From NCBI RefSeq assembly GCF_000315625.1, contig NW_005434571.1, positions 14,027 through 78,026 on the forward strand: 64,000 nt of DNA, read 5' to 3'. The notes beneath the pieces were generated by a model, which was not told where the DNA came from, did no database searches, and saw nothing but the letters and a program-made list of their open reading frames with translations. Positions within the stretch are counted from its first letter, which is position 1. Every line of letters begins with the position of its first letter. The position numbers and the translations under genes are program-made. The DNA comes from Guillardia theta CCMP2712 (Eukaryota > Protista > Cryptophyta). Shown in pieces: positions 13,460 to 24,472 of the stretch.

Positions 13460-14280
13460 GCGGCCTCTGGCTAGCTAGTTGAAAGTGCCAAGCCCGCCCC
13501 AGCTGAGGGCGGCATCGCCGGGGCGGCGGCCCCCGGCCGGCCGCGGGCGGCGGCCCGGCCGCCGGGGTCACGGTCTCGCCGACCGTCTCCGCCGGGGCCG
13601 ACCGTACCGTACGGCCTAGCCGTGCGGCCGCAGTGCCACGGACCGGGAGTTCGCCACAGTCCGCCGGGCCGCCGGGTCCGATCGGACGCCGGGTGACTCG
13701 CCGGTGAGTACGGCGTCACTCGCGCCGGGCCGACGTTCGGACGGAGCCTGCGTACTCACAGTCACTGAGCCTCGGAGTGTTGACTCTGAATGCCGGGCGG
13801 CCCGGCGTGGTGACGGACCGGGCCGCCCGGCCCGGGCGCCCGGCGCCGCGGCGTTCGGGGCGGCGGGCTGCCGCAGTGCGGCAACCGTGAACCGGAGTCC
13901 GAGGCTCAGCCCGCGGCCGCGGCCCGGCGGCGCCGCGCCCGGCCCCCCGGCGGGCCCGGCCCCGAACGGGCCGCGGCCGGGCGGGGCCAAAGCGGCCGAG
14001 CCTCGGAAAACCGTCAGACTCCGAAACTTCAGGCTTCCGAAGTTCCGGCGACGGGCCCGGGCCCTCGTCCGATCAAACACTGCGGTTCAGAGCACGCGCC
14101 GGGGCCACGGTCGGTCCCACCCGGGCCCGGCGGCCAGTCCCGGCGCCGGCCCGGCGGGACCGTACTCTGAGGGCCGGACTCCCCGGATTGCCATCACCGT
14201 TGCGGGCCGCGCCCTCGGACACTCAAGTGACTGTCCGACTCCGACTCGGACTTGACTTGTCGGAAATTGAGTAAAGCCTC
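13460..14280. repeat. GC-rich island 3
   Basis: Same word vocabulary as islands 1-2; ends in aaattgagtaaag. Confidence 0.75.
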
Positions 14281-14642
14281 CGAGACGGTGGTGGGTTTAG
14301 TTAGGTTCAAGTTCAGTCCCACAAACAATTTTGAGCACACAGCAAGTTCCACTTGGATCTTCCTGGTACTACCCCCTACCCCCTACTTGTCCCCAGGAAC
14401 GCTGCTTCGTTCTCCTTATTCTCTTGCCTATATATACCGGTGGAAATATCATCTTTCGCTGACTGCAAAAATACCCTACCTCCATACCTTGCCTCAATCA
14501 ACTACCTACCTCTGGTCTCGACATACCCCCTACCCCATTTCTTACCTACAGGAGGGAGTGGTGATGTAGCACTCTCCTGTAGGTAAGAAATTGGTATTTC
14601 TCCCAACCTGCTTCCCGCTCCAAGCAACCCCCCCTGCTAGAG

Positions 14643-14748
14643 CTCCCTCCCTCTACATCTCCCTCCCTCTACATCTCCCTCCCTCTACATCTCCCTCCCT
14701 CTACATCTCCCTCCCTCTACATCTCCCTCCCTCTACATCTCCCTCCCT
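14643..14748. repeat. 16-bp tandem repeat (~6.6 copies) just upstream of the RBR gene
   Basis: Unit ctccctccctctacat. Confidence 0.95.
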
Positions 14749-14830
14749 TCCCTATCTTCGGCTCTTCTTCAATCAAGATCTTCATAGCTCTCCTACTTGC
14801 ATTTGCGATCAAAAAGACTCTTCCTTCTCC

Positions 14831-17281
14831 ATGTCTGCTCCGAGCAGCTTCGAAACTCTGGTTGTGATGCCAATGAAACGGAAGTACGAGTTCCTGCAGG
14901 AGGTCTGCAGCGAGGATGCTGCGAGGTACCTGATCCTTGCATGTGCTGAGATGAGAAGCTCACTGACGCGTGCGCGCAGCATATGGGATCAGACGTGCGG
15001 AGACTCTGGCAAGATAACAGACCTCCTCAGCAAGCGCTTTGTGGACTGCAACACATGCTCCTCTCAGCAGCATAACGACGAGGTGGAGGTGGTGGAGGAG
15101 GAGGAGTCAGGCCGCGAGTACTTTTGCGTGATCTGCCAGGAGACAGACTTTGGCATGAGGAACAAGGTGAGCTTGACCTGCCGTCACATGTTCCATGCCT
15201 CTTGCTTCAAGAGGCTGCTCGAGCACGTCCTCCATGACGAGCATCAATCCCTGGTGCCCCCTCCCTGCCCTCATCCCGGATGCAGCACCATGGTCGGCTA
15301 CAACATCCAAGCTCTGCTCCTCATCTACGCTGACGATGAGCAAACGCAGCGTCTGCTCAAGGCTTACGATATCAAGAAGAGCAAGTACGACGCTTGGAAG
15401 TTGGGTCATCTGCCCTGCTTGTCCCCTTGCTGCCAGGCCGTCTCGAGGCTGGTGTTGATTCGACATGCGGCGAGCGAGGCTACGGTCAAGTGCGACAGCT
15501 GCATGGCCACCTACTGCGCTGCTTGCTCGATGGCGTCCGGAAGCTTGGTTCCCTCCCACATTCTCGTCGGCTGCGAGCAGCGAGTCCTGACTGAGGAGGG
15601 GTTGCGAGCTCTCGATCAGGTGTACGATGCGACGGGTGATCAGCTGAGAAGGATGAGACTGCGCGACCCTCCCGCAGCACTCAGACGGTACCCTCGTCCG
15701 CCGCCCGCCGCCCGCGACCCTCGCCCGCCCACAGTTGACGGCAGTCAAACGCATGTGGCGGCAGCAGACACGAGGACGCAGGAGGTCGAGGCGCAAGGGA
15801 CCGAGCAGGCAGACAGAGGCGCTGAAGCCCAGCAAGACCCCCGGCTGCGAGCACGACTACTTTGGATGGATCTGTACAGGGGGGAAGACCGACTGGAGGG
15901 CGAGGAACGCCTTGAGCTCCATGAACACGTGCGCTGGAGGATGAGGAGATTTGAGGAGGAAAGCGACTACGTGGACGAGGAGCTGCAGCAGACTATGCAA
16001 GGCATGCGGGACCGGCTCAGCAACATCAAGAGGAGGGAGGAGCTAGAGATCTCCGCCATTTCCCGGCAGCTCCATGCTCGTCCTGCCGACAAGGTCGCCG
16101 TCGAACTGGTTGATGCGCGTTTGCGGATCGTCGAGCAGAAGCGTGAGCTGTTCGAGAGCACGCGACAGACGCTCGAGGGTATGATCCGCAACCTGGCGGT
16201 AGAGGACCCGCAGCACCATGCTCTGCCGGAGGCGACGACGTCGCTGAGCCTTCAAGACATCCACAGCATGTGCGATAAAGCTTTTCTCACCTCCCTGAAG
16301 GCGAGGATTAGCAGGATCGCCAGCGGCGAAGAGCGCGAGGAGGCCGGAGCAGAGGCTCCCAGTGACCAGGAGGAGATTGCAAGGACCTCCAAGCCCTGCA
16401 CCCAGTGCGGGTACCGCATCGTCAAGACGGGAGGATGCGACCACATGACGTGCAGGAAGTGCCGGCACGAGTTCTGCTGGAGGTGCCTCAAACCCCCGAT
16501 CGACCACTTCCGCCGCAGCTGTCAGGGGAAGCCAGACCTGCTGTCGTTCTCTGAGGAGCTACAGCCTGCCATCAAGGACGTCATCGACAAGTACCGCGGA
16601 GTCGAGTCGCCTATCGAGAGCAGCCTAGTCGAGTACGCGCAGAGGCACTTGGCTCCCGGCCAGCCTGTCGACGAGGACAGGAAGAGAGCGGACTCGCAGC
16701 GGATCTCCGCAATGCTGGAGCGGCGCGAGCCCTTCATGCTCAGATACTTCGACCCCCGCGAGGTCAGACGCACAGCGGAGATGAGGAGACTGCAGGATAT
16801 GCAGCGGGAGGTTGAGCAAGAGAGGATCGCCTGCTCCTTTGTGCTCCGTCAAGTCCGTGACAGCAGTCGCAGCCCCATCAGCAAGGACGCAGCCCTCCGA
16901 GTCTGCTCGGACCCCTCCAAGCAGTACCTCAAGTACCGGGCCGCCAAGCGCAGCCTCTTGGACGCGCAGGAGAAGATGAGGAGGGAGACACGTGAAGCCC
17001 CGGTTGACTTCGTCGAGCGTCAGCGCCGTATGATCGACTGTCAGTGCCAAGTCATCGACGTGGATCTTGCTCGCCTGGAGATGCAGAAGCAAGCTTGCGT
17101 CCTCATGGGCATGGACGTGCCTCCCTGGCTCCTGTCATGCTCCGAGCGGCTCTCAGATGCCAAGGAACAGCAGACGCAAGACATCAGCCAGGCTGCCTGC
17201 ACCAGGACCTTTCTGGACGCTCATCGAGACTACATGCTCTCGAGGATGAGCCAACGAGTAGAGCCTCGGCGAGAGTCCTAG
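14831..17281 (+). CDS. RBR-type (RING1-IBR-RING2) E3 ubiquitin ligase, intronless, ~816 aa
   Basis: CVIC...CRHMFHASC...CPHPGC (RING1); CLSPCC...CDSCMATYCAAC...H...C (IBR); KPCTQCGYRIVKTGGCDHMTCRKCRHEFCWRC (Rcat with catalytic Cys); first ATG at 14831. Confidence 0.9.
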   Translation: MSAPSSFETLVVMPMKRKYEFLQEVCSEDAARYLILACAEMRSSLTRARSIWDQTCGDSGKITDLLSKRFVDCNTCSSQQHNDEVEVVEEEESGREYFCVICQETDFGMRNKVSLTCRHMFHASCFKRLLEHVLHDEHQSLVPPPCPHPGCSTMVGYNIQALLLIYADDEQTQRLLKAYDIKKSKYDAWKLGHLPCLSPCCQAVSRLVLIRHAASEATVKCDSCMATYCAACSMASGSLVPSHILVGCEQRVLTEEGLRALDQVYDATGDQLRRMRLRDPPAALRRYPRPPPAARDPRPPTVDGSQTHVAAADTRTQEVEAQGTEQADRGAEAQQDPRLRARLLWMDLYRGEDRLEGEERLELHEHVRWRMRRFEEESDYVDEELQQTMQGMRDRLSNIKRREELEISAISRQLHARPADKVAVELVDARLRIVEQKRELFESTRQTLEGMIRNLAVEDPQHHALPEATTSLSLQDIHSMCDKAFLTSLKARISRIASGEEREEAGAEAPSDQEEIARTSKPCTQCGYRIVKTGGCDHMTCRKCRHEFCWRCLKPPIDHFRRSCQGKPDLLSFSEELQPAIKDVIDKYRGVESPIESSLVEYAQRHLAPGQPVDEDRKRADSQRISAMLERREPFMLRYFDPREVRRTAEMRRLQDMQREVEQERIACSFVLRQVRDSSRSPISKDAALRVCSDPSKQYLKYRAAKRSLLDAQEKMRRETREAPVDFVERQRRMIDCQCQVIDVDLARLEMQKQACVLMGMDVPPWLLSCSERLSDAKEQQTQDISQAACTRTFLDAHRDYMLSRMSQRVEPRRES

Positions 17282-17489
17282 AATGGTGACCGTCGGACCG
17301 AGCGATAAGCCGGGGAGCGAGATCGGACTAGGAGAGCAGCAGAGCTCTGCAGGACTTTCGGAGGACGAGCGGTGAGGGACAGCTACCCCGAGCCTGCAAG
17401 GTTGGAAGCCTCACTGCGTCATTGGCGGACTCTTAACGTGACTGCGCGGCTACTCAATACATAGAGAACTGAAACAAGTCACTAACTTA

Positions 17490-18720
17490 CCGTTGAATGA
17501 GGCCCAGTGACTCAGGGGAGGGGGCCGCTGACTCTATTCCTGGCAGCCGGAGTGCCCATCCGATGATGGCAGCAGCGAACTCAGACTGAAACAGTTTGAG
17601 CCGTCTGAGCCTGAACTTCGGAGAAACTATCTGATAGTAGTAACAAGGATCCCCCCACTGCCAGTCCGACACGGCCCGCCGCGCCTTGAACGGCCGCGGG
17701 CGGCCTGAGTCACACTGGCAAGCGGGAAGCCTTCCGATCACTCCGAGAGAGGCTCAAGCACTGAGACTCCGAGTCATTGTGATCGGCCCGGCCTGCCAAT
17801 GATCATTGCAAGTTGGCAAGTTGGCGGCCAGGAGCCGCTCGTTGACCGTACTCGCCGGGCGCCGGGGGGGTCGCGTGGTCCTGTACCGGCGTCCTGTACT
17901 ACGGTACGATACCGTCCACGCCGTGACGGTAACCGTCACGTTGAACCGGGCCCGGCGGGTTCAGTCCCGGCGCCGGGCCCGCCGGGCCCGGCGGGACGGG
18001 CCGTTACCGTGCCGGCCGCGGCCGCCCGAGTGAACTTGAACTTCGGACCGTCGTGACAGCGAGACTCAACCAAAACGCCGGCGCTGAACCGTTAGCTCGG
18101 AACCCCGGTAGTACGGACTAAAGTTAACTGATAACCGTAGCCTAGTAAGTTCACTCAGTGCCAACTGTGCGCAGAACCTGCCGCCGCACCCCGGCCCGTT
18201 GACCGGGCCGGCGCCCGCCCGGGCCGTACACGGCGCGGCACTCCGCCCCCCCGGGGCCCCGGGGGCGGCCGTTGAATCGGACGCGCGGCCGCCGGGCACC
18301 GTGGCACTGGGCCACTGCGGCGATCCCGGGCCGTGACCGTACGGTCACGGTATGAAAGTTCGGGTCACCGGGCCGCCCGGCGGGTGGTGGCCGGGCAACG
18401 GTTGAACCGTTAGTCGGAGTCCGGGCCATCCGATTGTGACTCAGTACCGTACTCAGGCTGTACTACCGTACGCTGGCCCGGGCCCCGGCACTGCTACCGG
18501 CGTACGGCCCGCGGCCTGTCCGTCAGGCCGGCCGCCGGGCTGTCACGCGGCGGGGCCGGGGCGGCCGCGGCCCGCCCATCCGATTGTGACTCAGTACTGT
18601 ACGCGGGCCCGGGCCCACTGCTACGCCGCCTGTACGGTCAGGCCGGGCTGTCACGCGGCGGGGCGGCCCGCCCGCCGCCCGGCCCGACCGCGCGGCCTTA
18701 CACCCCAGTCGCAGAGATGC
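17490..18720. repeat. GC-rich island 4 with an internal ~150-bp-period duplication
   Basis: ccatccgattgtgactcagtac at ~18426 and ~18575, each followed by gtcaggccgg...ctgtcacgcggcgggg. Confidence 0.75.
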
Positions 18721-20853
18721 ACCTCGCCGCCAGGAACCAAGGGATGCGACGATACCAGGGGTGGCCTACCAGTCTCCCTTTTGTCAAGACCTTGAGAACC
18801 CATGTTATGCATCTTTGAGTAGTATCTCAATTAAAGAAGATGCTATGTTTGCTACTCTAAACATTGGTTGAAGTTTGAGACTTTCTAGAAGGTGGGGTGG
18901 GTAGATAACGCTGGTCATCCAAGTCCCAGAAACACACTCGGGATAAATCGAAAAAGGTACATTTGAGATAATACAACAATAATTTTGATGTCCTATAAGT
19001 CTAAAAGTCACGAAAACTTGTATTGTGGAGTAATGTGGGATGAAACGTTGTAATATCAGCAATCCTGTCAGGATCTCCGACGATCTCCTGACCACGATGT
19101 GACCACCCCCACCCATAACAAATCCTCAACCAGCCTGAACTTGTACCCGGTCCTTTTCTTTCTTTCTTTTCGCCCACCCTGCGTTCTTCCCCTTCGGGCT
19201 GTTGATCCGGTGTGGAAACAGGGGGTGGGGTGATTAACAGATTTTATTCCTCTAGGGTGGGTGGTTGAGATACGGCTGGTGCTTACAACATGTGGCAAAT
19301 ACATCGAGGAAGCGGGTTACACTGACTGCCACATTGCATAATCCAAGAACCTAGAGGCTATAGGCTGTGTATTCCTTCAGGTCCGCTCTCAGAAGGGGGA
19401 GCTCTTTGAATATGTACGGGTGGTTCAAGTCTTGGTTGTAAACCAAAAGGGACACGCAAGGGTACTTGTGCAGGGTTTTACCCTGGGGAATCCGGCAGGG
19501 TAGGGTACTAGGAGAGGTTCAAGGGTGGTCCGATTTGAAGAGTAGTATAGACATGGGAAAGGTAGGGTACCCTTTGAGATCCCTGACCAGAATTCTAGTG
19601 GGGTGATGAATGGGTCTCTAACAGATGGTGGGGTACATGAGTGGGGGGTGGGTCAGGTAGAGTAGTTGTTTGATAGTAGGAGGCCGGCTTTACCATAGCC
19701 AGAAGGGGTAGGGGTGGCTTGAACGCTGAAGTCACCCACCTACCTTGATGGTGTGAATTAGTCATATGTTCATTTAGACGATCGGCGGTGCTGTGTGGGC
19801 ACGGAGGCAAGCCACATGGAAGGTGTTCCTTGATGGGTAGGGTCAAGTTTCAATTCCGGGCTGGATAGGGTGATCGATCAATCCCCACACTAATGTGATT
19901 CTAATAATAAAGTAACTAAAGTATGTAGGTACCGAAAGTTTACTTATCAAATCTAATTCTAGGATCTGGGTGGGTTACTGGAATGACCCTGCAAAGCCCT
20001 GGCGGGAAACCTGTCAAGTACCCTACCTATCCCGATTCAGCTACATGATGGGAGCACTACCCTCATGAAAATGACCCCACCCTGCTGCTTAACCATATTG
20101 ATCAATCGGACCAGTAGTTTGAAGCTTCATGACCCGTCAACGTGGGAAATCATCACTCCATAAGGCCTACAACCCCTGATACAGTACCCACCCTGCCTTT
20201 CGATCTTCGTTAGCAAGTTTGTGATATCATCTACGATACTGGAGCAATACATAAATTATTTTCCTATCGAATTACCCCATAGTGTGTATGTAGTGGAAAA
20301 AATCAACATAGAAATGTACCCCTACCCCTATTTTCCATTCCAAAGCACAAGACTACCCTATGAAATCGGAATGTACCCGTCGTGTTGATCTGTGTTTCCT
20401 TGGAACAAGGGTAATTCAGTACCCCCACCACCAAACAACAGTATTTTCCTTTACCACCCCCTCATCGGAAGGTACCTTACCCCTTTGGACACCTAAATTT
20501 TATTGTTGATGCTACCACCCCCCCGAAGGAAAATTGACTACCCCTACCAGGTTTTTCCACATGATATGAACGGGTCCCTCCCGCTCCCTTTCTCCCACCC
20601 CCCCTGCGCTCGAGCTCACTGCCTAAACCCCTGCCGCCTCCTCCTCCCTCCTCCCTACCCGTAACAACCCGAAACCCGCTGCTCAGAGACACACTGCTTG
20701 TAGACAGTCGTGTCCTGAGTACTGCAGACTGCTCAATCCTTCACGGTCATAGTCTGACGCCCTTTGTACACCTCGTTGCTTCCGGCGAGTAGGAGGCCAC
20801 GAAATTACTTCCCGGTGTCCCGTCGGCGAGGAGAACAGATTAGCGCCAGGAAA

Positions 20854-23136
20854 ATGCTTTCCAAGAAACTCATTCTACTTGGAGCAGCAGCAGAGCTCTG
20901 CTCCGTCAATGCCTTCCAAGGTTTCACCCCAATGCAAGGGATCCAGTCGAGGAAACCCCAGATCTCAAGAGCTTCCCCTCTCCGTCAGTTCAGGATGACG
21001 GCGACTGCTCCTGGTGACTCGGAGACCTATCAAGGAACGCAGACCTTGGAGAACCAGGTGACAGTGTAGCCGATCATCAGTCCTGGGGAACCTAACAAGA
21101 GTGCAGTTGAGAGTGAGAATCGATGACGTGTGGTACGATCTCTCGAGGTGGAGGAAGGCCCATCCTGCGGGGACTCACTGGATCGACCTGTACAGAGATC
21201 AGGTAACATGCATGCATTGCTGTTGAGCGAGCGAGACTGACTGAGTTGCAATTAGGATGCAACGGAAGTCATGTACGGGTTTCACTCCGACAAGGGGATG
21301 GAAATGCTGAAGAGATTGCCTAAAGCGAAGACAGGTACATGACCAGGAAGCGTGGTCAGGCACCTTACATGCCATGCTAGTTCCTGAAGGAGTCAAGGAG
21401 CCAAGCTCAGCTACGATGAACTTTAGAAAGTTCAGGAAGCAGCTTGTTGACGACGGGTGGTTCGAGGTTTCGACACTTGCACCTGAAATCGCTTTTCAAC
21501 TTATAGTGTTGCAGAGGGACTGGGCACATGAGGCCTTCAACTTGGGTTCTTGGGCTGTAAGATGTTTCGCTGTGCACTATCTGAAATCCTGATGATCTTC
21601 ACAGGTTTGGCTTACTGCTGGAATTATGCTTGCCCAGTTTAGCACCTTCCCGATGCAGTTTGCCGCTGCCATGGTACGATGCCCTTACACACTCAAAAGA
21701 TGCATTCCAGTTACACTGTCGCAGGTCCTTGGTGTCTCCAATACCATTGCTGGATGGCTTTCACACGACTACGTCCATGGAAGAGGAAAGTTTGCGGATT
21801 TCATGCGCCCATTTGGCTACCTCTGCGGTGGAATGGGTCCTACGTGGTGGAGCGACAAGGTTATTTCAAGAATATTATTTCTTGTTTTGTCTTGACATCC
21901 AATCAGCACAACCTTCACCATGCCAGAACTAATGAAGTGGGCATTGACGAGGACATTGCAACTGATCCCGCTCTCTACATCTGGTAGTGCTAACTACTCT
22001 TTTTCTGATGCGGCTCATTTTGTCCCTTCAGGGCTCCGGATCCCAAGAACGATGCGCCATGGCGCAAGTATCAGGGTCTTTACCTCCCTCTCCCCATGTC
22101 TCTCCTCTTCTTTATCTGGAGGTTCGACTCAATCAAGGTAAACTTTTAGCCACTGTTGGTATCGATTGGTGAATCTGTCATTAAGGTCGCTGTTGAGCGC
22201 AAGCTTTGGAAGGAGCTCGTTGGTCTTGCCTGCCATTATGCTTTCATGTGCCTTTTTCTCGCTGCAGTGACTTCTTCAATCTTACACGTGCTTAAGGCTT
22301 TACTGGGTCCCAGCTGGCACCTTTGTAGGAGCTCTCTTCTTGTCGGGGTGTGTGGTCGATGGTTGGAGCGAGGGGCAAACTAATGTTTATTGCAGATTTA
22401 TGACAGCCATCATCACCACTGTCACTCATCAGTCTGAGGAACTCTTCTTTGACGAGAATCCTGAGTTTGTAGAGGGACAGTTCCGTTCCACTAGGTTTTT
22501 CATCTTGTGTCTGTGGGATGTTCTTGACCCGCTTCTAGGGATGCTGTTTGTTCCAATCCGTTCTCGGAATGGCTCTGGGGAGGAATGCAGTACCAGCTGG
22601 AGCACCACCTTTTCCCAACTATGCCCAGGTGATATTTCTTCCTTCTATCTCCTTGAGAGACCTCTCTGGCTTTATTTCTCTTATTCCCCATGCAGATACC
22701 GATATCCCGCATTGGTTCCTCATGTCAAGAAATTTGCGGAGGAGAACGGCTTGGAGTTCAGGATCACTCCGGTAATGCGTATTGTGATTTTGTGATGATC
22801 GAGCTCATATCCTATACAGGAGTTTGAGCTCCTCAAGATGAATTGGAAGCTTTACAGCGACATCGCCAAGCTCCCTGCCGAACCAGGTCAGCCGTCATCT
22901 TAAATCTCATGGTTGCTTACGCTCCCCAGGTGCGAAAGCGAGCAGGCCTCCAGCCCCCAAGCAGGACATCACAAGGTAAGAACCTCAGCAGTGTGTTTGG
23001 TCGTTGACCTTGGATGGTGCAAGTTTTTTTGCGAACATCTCTGGGCTTTTCACGGTGAGTTTATTCGCATCGGGTGATACTTTCCTCTGATGACATTTGA
23101 TTGCAGAAGAAGAACAAGGCAGCCTCGTCCAACTGA
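20854..23136 (+). CDS. Plastid-targeted front-end (cytochrome b5-fused) fatty acid desaturase, ~18 exons
   Basis: Signal peptide ending VNA-F; b5 heme motif HPAG (WRKAHPAGTHWID); His boxes HDYVH, HNLHH, QLEHH; ~50-nt introns join in frame. Confidence 0.9.
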
Positions 23137-23336
23137 GGAATCGAAGGGGATTTTGTCATGGGAACCCTTTCAACACTGTTCCTGGGGAATATTGCAAGAA
23201 TCGCACATGTTAGTATAAGAAACAAACGAATATTGTCGGTTATTCTTTAATTGAGTTTCCCCTGGAAACAAACTCTATGATTTTGTTTAAAAGAACAAGA
23301 ACTCTCTACATGTGAAAAGCATATACTACAGGCACA

Positions 23337-23651
23337 TCATTGTGTCCGGTTGACTTCAAGGATCAACTTCGACTGATCGAAGGCACGTGATGTAAGTAGG
23401 AACACCCCCTCGTATATCTTCCGCTGCTGATCCTGGTGAAGCAATCGAGTCCTTACCCCGAAAACCCTTTTCATCGTCATAGGCGTGTTCCCCATTGACA
23501 GTTCTTGGATCAGGTTGCTCAGGCTTCCGGCAGTTCTAGCACACATCTTCTGTCTGACTGATCTTGTTGGAAATGCAGAAGCATATGCATTGCTCATCAC
23601 TACGAAGCTGCTGACAACGCCACAGGCGCAGACAAGAGGCATAGAGGACAT
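23337..23651 (-). CDS. Small (~104 aa) putative plastid-targeted protein of unknown function
   Basis: MSSMPLVCACGVVSSFVVMSNAYASA-FP signal followed by a basic/Ser/Thr transit-like segment. Confidence 0.5.
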   Translation of the reverse strand: MSSMPLVCACGVVSSFVVMSNAYASAFPTRSVRQKMCARTAGSLSNLIQELSMGNTPMTMKRVFGVRTRLLHQDQQRKIYEGVFLLTSRAFDQSKLILEVNRTQ

Positions 23652-24472
23652 GGTGGTAGACTTTCGATGTCGCAGAATCGGATCCGGAATACTCAAGCGA
23701 TGGAGAGGTTCTGAAGTTGAAGGCAAGTTGATTGTGCGAAGAAAGACTAGCGATGACAAGAATCAAACTCAATCTGAAGAAGAATCCTGTCTGTTGCAGT
23801 AACCGATGGCCGCAAAGTTGATTCTTTCCGGGAAGGGAGAGGAGAAGAAAAGTGTCGGAGGGTGATGTAGGGTTGAAGGAGAAAGTTTAGGGGAGCTAGG
23901 AGGAGGAGACGCTCGTGCTATTACGACAACGTCAAGGTATGGACGGGGAGGCGAGGAGCAAGTAAAGGGGCGGTACTCAAAAGAACACGCAGCAGCAGAC
24001 TAAAATGGGTAGGGGTGGTACATGTACCCCTATTTTTCTCATACTATACACCGGTACTTTGTACGATCGTAGGGGTACAACATGCAAGCTGACTGCCCAC
24101 ACGTAAGCCCTTGCTTACTAGCAACTTGGTCATAGGGGATGTACGACCCCATAGACGTAAAGTACCAGTTCGTATCCAAAATAAAAGGGGGGGTACATAC
24201 AACAAATCAAAATGGGGGTACGAGATTGAGTACCCGGTGGTTCCAGCGCTATTTGACGGGTAGAGAGACCGAAAAAGTCATCGACCGGTCTCATCTCATC
24301 CTAGCTGTGAGTCAAGGTGATGCATTAAGTGACTTGTAAAGCTTTCAGTGATTCCGCGGCGTCTCGGGTCGGGCCGACCGAACCCGGGAACAAGAGGTAT
24401 AACTATACAACTCGAAGGTATAAACACAGTCTACCCAGTGGATCCTCACAAACCATCGGAGAGGACGAGGAG

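Noticed and set aside
13471-14255. Arg/Pro/Gly/Ala-rich ORFs in the GC islands (also near 6.0, 9.0, 17.8-18.8, 38.8, 48.1 and 51.2 kb)
   Set aside because: Stop-poor GC repeats give overlapping ORFs in all frames with no domains
14591-14830. N-terminal 80 aa of the 896-aa ORF
   Set aside because: Non-ATG start and translation of a 16-bp tandem repeat; first ATG is 14831
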